Positions 51,319-52,647 of a DNA stretch of 52,647 nt are shown piece after piece. The notes under the pieces are model-generated. The model made no database searches and was not told the DNA's origin. It saw nothing but the letters and a program-made list of their open reading frames with translations. The position numbers and the translations under genes were made by a program. This DNA comes from Candidatus Woesearchaeota archaeon (GTDB lineage: Archaea > Nanobdellota > Nanobdellia > Woesearchaeales > GW2011-AR4): NCBI GenBank assembly GCA_018303505.1, contig JAGVYA010000044.1:1-52647 (forward strand). The letters run 5' to 3'. The first letter of the stretch is position 1; every line of letters begins with the position of its first letter.

Positions 51319-52189
51319 GAAGAAAACAGAAGAAAAAGTTGAAGTGAAAGAAGAAATGGATAATGTCGAAGTTTTACAAGATGAAGAAGCATTAATTGAG
51401 AAACCCAAAGAAGGATTGGCAGTTGAACTAGGCGAAGTAAAAGAACTTGAAGAACAGATAGTTGAGGAAGTCAAAAAGAAAGGAGCTTTTGAAAAAGAGG
51501 CATGGAAGCCAAAAACGTCATTAGGCATAAATGTAAAAAATGGCGTTATCAAAAATATTTCTTATGTATTGGATCAAAGAATCAAGATACTTGAGCCAGA
51601 GATAACAGACACTTTATTGCCAAATCTTACAACTGAATTGCTGATGGTGGGACAATCAAAAGGAAAGTTTGGCGGCGGCCAGAAAAGGGTATTCAAGCAA
51701 ACCCAAAAGAAAACCCAAGAAGGCAACAAGCCAAAATTTGGCACTTTCGCAGTTGTAGGAAATGAAGATGGCTATGTTGGTGTAGGTTATGGTAAATCAA
51801 AGGAAACTGTGCCGGCAAGGGAAAAAGCAATTCGCCAGGCAAAGCTAAATGTGATAAAAATCAGAAGAGGATGCGGAAACTGGAGATGCGGCTGCGGGGA
51901 TTCGCATACAGTGCCTTTCAAAGTAAGAGGGAAATACGGCTCAGTGGAAATCATGCTGATACCAGCACCAAAAGGAACCGGATTGAAAGTTGAGAAGGAA
52001 TGCCAGAAAATCTTGAAATTAGCCGGCATCAAGGATGCGTGGTCAAGAACAGAGGGCCAGACAAGGAGCAAGCTTAATTTGCTGTATGCTTGCTTTGAAG
52101 CCCTTAAAAATTTGATGCAGTTTAAACTCAGTCAAAAAAATGAAGAAAATTTAAGTATTATTGAAGGTTCGTCAAAAGCAATGATGTGA
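51311..52189 (+). CDS. rps5: 30S ribosomal protein S5 (uS5) with ~60-aa acidic N-terminal extension
   Basis: FAVVGNEDGYVGVGYGKSKETVPAREKAIRQAK...RGCGNWRCGCGDSHTVPF...APKGTGL. Confidence 0.95.
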   Translation: MAKKKTEEKVEVKEEMDNVEVLQDEEALIEKPKEGLAVELGEVKELEEQIVEEVKKKGAFEKEAWKPKTSLGINVKNGVIKNISYVLDQRIKILEPEITDTLLPNLTTELLMVGQSKGKFGGGQKRVFKQTQKKTQEGNKPKFGTFAVVGNEDGYVGVGYGKSKETVPAREKAIRQAKLNVIKIRRGCGNWRCGCGDSHTVPFKVRGKYGSVEIMLIPAPKGTGLKVEKECQKILKLAGIKDAWSRTEGQTRSKLNLLYACFEALKNLMQFKLSQKNEENLSIIEGSSKAMM

Positions 52190-52190
52190 A

Positions 52191-52647
52191 ATGGAGCAAC
52201 AAACAGCAAAAATAAATTCCGCCAAAAAAATGGCAGCAATAAGAGTAAGGGGAATTACAGGAATAAGGACAAAGATAGAGGATAATCTAAAGATGCTAAG
52301 GCTATATAGAAAAAATTATTGCTGTGTCCTGCCGGACATGCCTATTTACACAGGCATGCTGAAGAGAGCAAAAGATTATATAACATGGGGAGAGATTGAC
52401 GACGAAACTTTTAACATGCTTGTTGAAAAAAGAGGGGAGGAATTTAATGGAAGAGAATCCGATTCAAAAGGAAAAATAAAGTACAATGATTTTGTTGTCA
52501 TTAACAATAAAAAAATAAAGAAATATTTTAGGTTAAATCCTCCAAGAAAAGGGTTTGGAAGAAAAGGCATTAAGCATCCTTATCAAAGTGGAGGTGCGCT
52601 AGGCTATAGAGGAGAAGCAATTAACGATTTGATTAAGAGGATGGTTT
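52191..52647 (+). CDS. rpl30: 50S ribosomal protein L30 (uL30), 3' end outside the window
   Basis: My own translation gives MEQQTAKINSAKKMAAIRVRGITGIRTKIEDNLKMLRLYRKNYCCVLPD... It is absent from the ORF track because there is no stop codon inside the window. Confidence 0.85.
   Translation, partial: MEQQTAKINSAKKMAAIRVRGITGIRTKIEDNLKMLRLYRKNYCCVLPDMPIYTGMLKRAKDYITWGEIDDETFNMLVEKRGEEFNGRESDSKGKIKYNDFVVINNKKIKKYFRLNPPRKGFGRKGIKHPYQSGGALGYRGEAINDLIKRMV

Noticed and set aside
40474-51552. Many minus-strand ORFs inside the ribosomal protein operon, for example 40880-41341, 41979-42479, 43712-44368, 44702-45442, 45449-45883, 49844-50311, 50799-51242 and 51217-51552.
   Set aside because: Each lies antisense to a ribosomal protein gene identified by strong motifs and synteny. 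Lys-rich AAG/AAA coding produces stop-poor Phe/Leu-rich antisense frames.
1-52647. A search by eye for tRNA, rRNA, SRP RNA, RNase P RNA or C/D-box sRNA genes in the GC-rich patches and spacers.
   Set aside because: I could find no cloverleaf-compatible sequence, no long GC-rich structured stretch, and no convincing C (RUGAUGA) plus D (CUGA) box pairs. This is a visual scan only and does not replace tRNAscan or Infernal.

Overview
AT-rich archaeal window. Gene content (TBP, MCM, PolD DP1/DP2, Orc1/Cdc6, aIF2-beta, eL32/eL19/eS4, aSUI1), leaderless TATA promoters and GGAGGTGA-type Shine-Dalgarno sites all fit an archaeon; a small-genome DPANN-like lineage is my inference only. There are three blocks. 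(1) 1-24460, all on the minus strand and tightly packed with ATGA-type overlaps, is a cell-surface island. It holds at least 12 proteins whose N-termini look like class III (type IV prepilin-like) signal peptides, including three tandem ~90-aa Cys-tailed mini-pilins. These are interleaved with giant cysteine-rich surface proteins of 1228, 1396 and 2069 aa. An Lnt-like N-acyltransferase, a membrane-anchored arginase-fold protein and RNase P p30 lie at the upstream end. The 1396- and 2069-aa ORFs appear to be one ~3.4-kaa type I membrane protein broken by an 8-nt indel inside a 177-nt duplicated segment. It carries about 33 tandem 6-Cys repeats. (2) 24.9-39.1 kb is a replication/information island: TBP, MCM (C-terminal winged helix displaced by a 1-nt frameshift), an RPA2-like OB-fold protein, aIF2-beta, PolD DP2 with a 457-aa LAGLIDADG intein in the catalytic RRD/CDGDE motif, DP1 and Orc1/Cdc6. 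A candidate oriC follows, with inverted ORB-like boxes around a 34-bp perfect AT palindrome. (3) 39.3 kb to the end is the ribosomal protein operon, L3 to L30. It is interrupted by a free-standing LAGLIDADG/HTH gene plus a CsaA-like tRNA-binding gene, and by two kinds of intergenic repeat: a ~115-nt GC-rich element family and arrays of GAAAATC-N3-4-GATTTTC hairpins. Both repeat types also occur between TBP and MCM. I recognised no tRNA, rRNA or CRISPR array.
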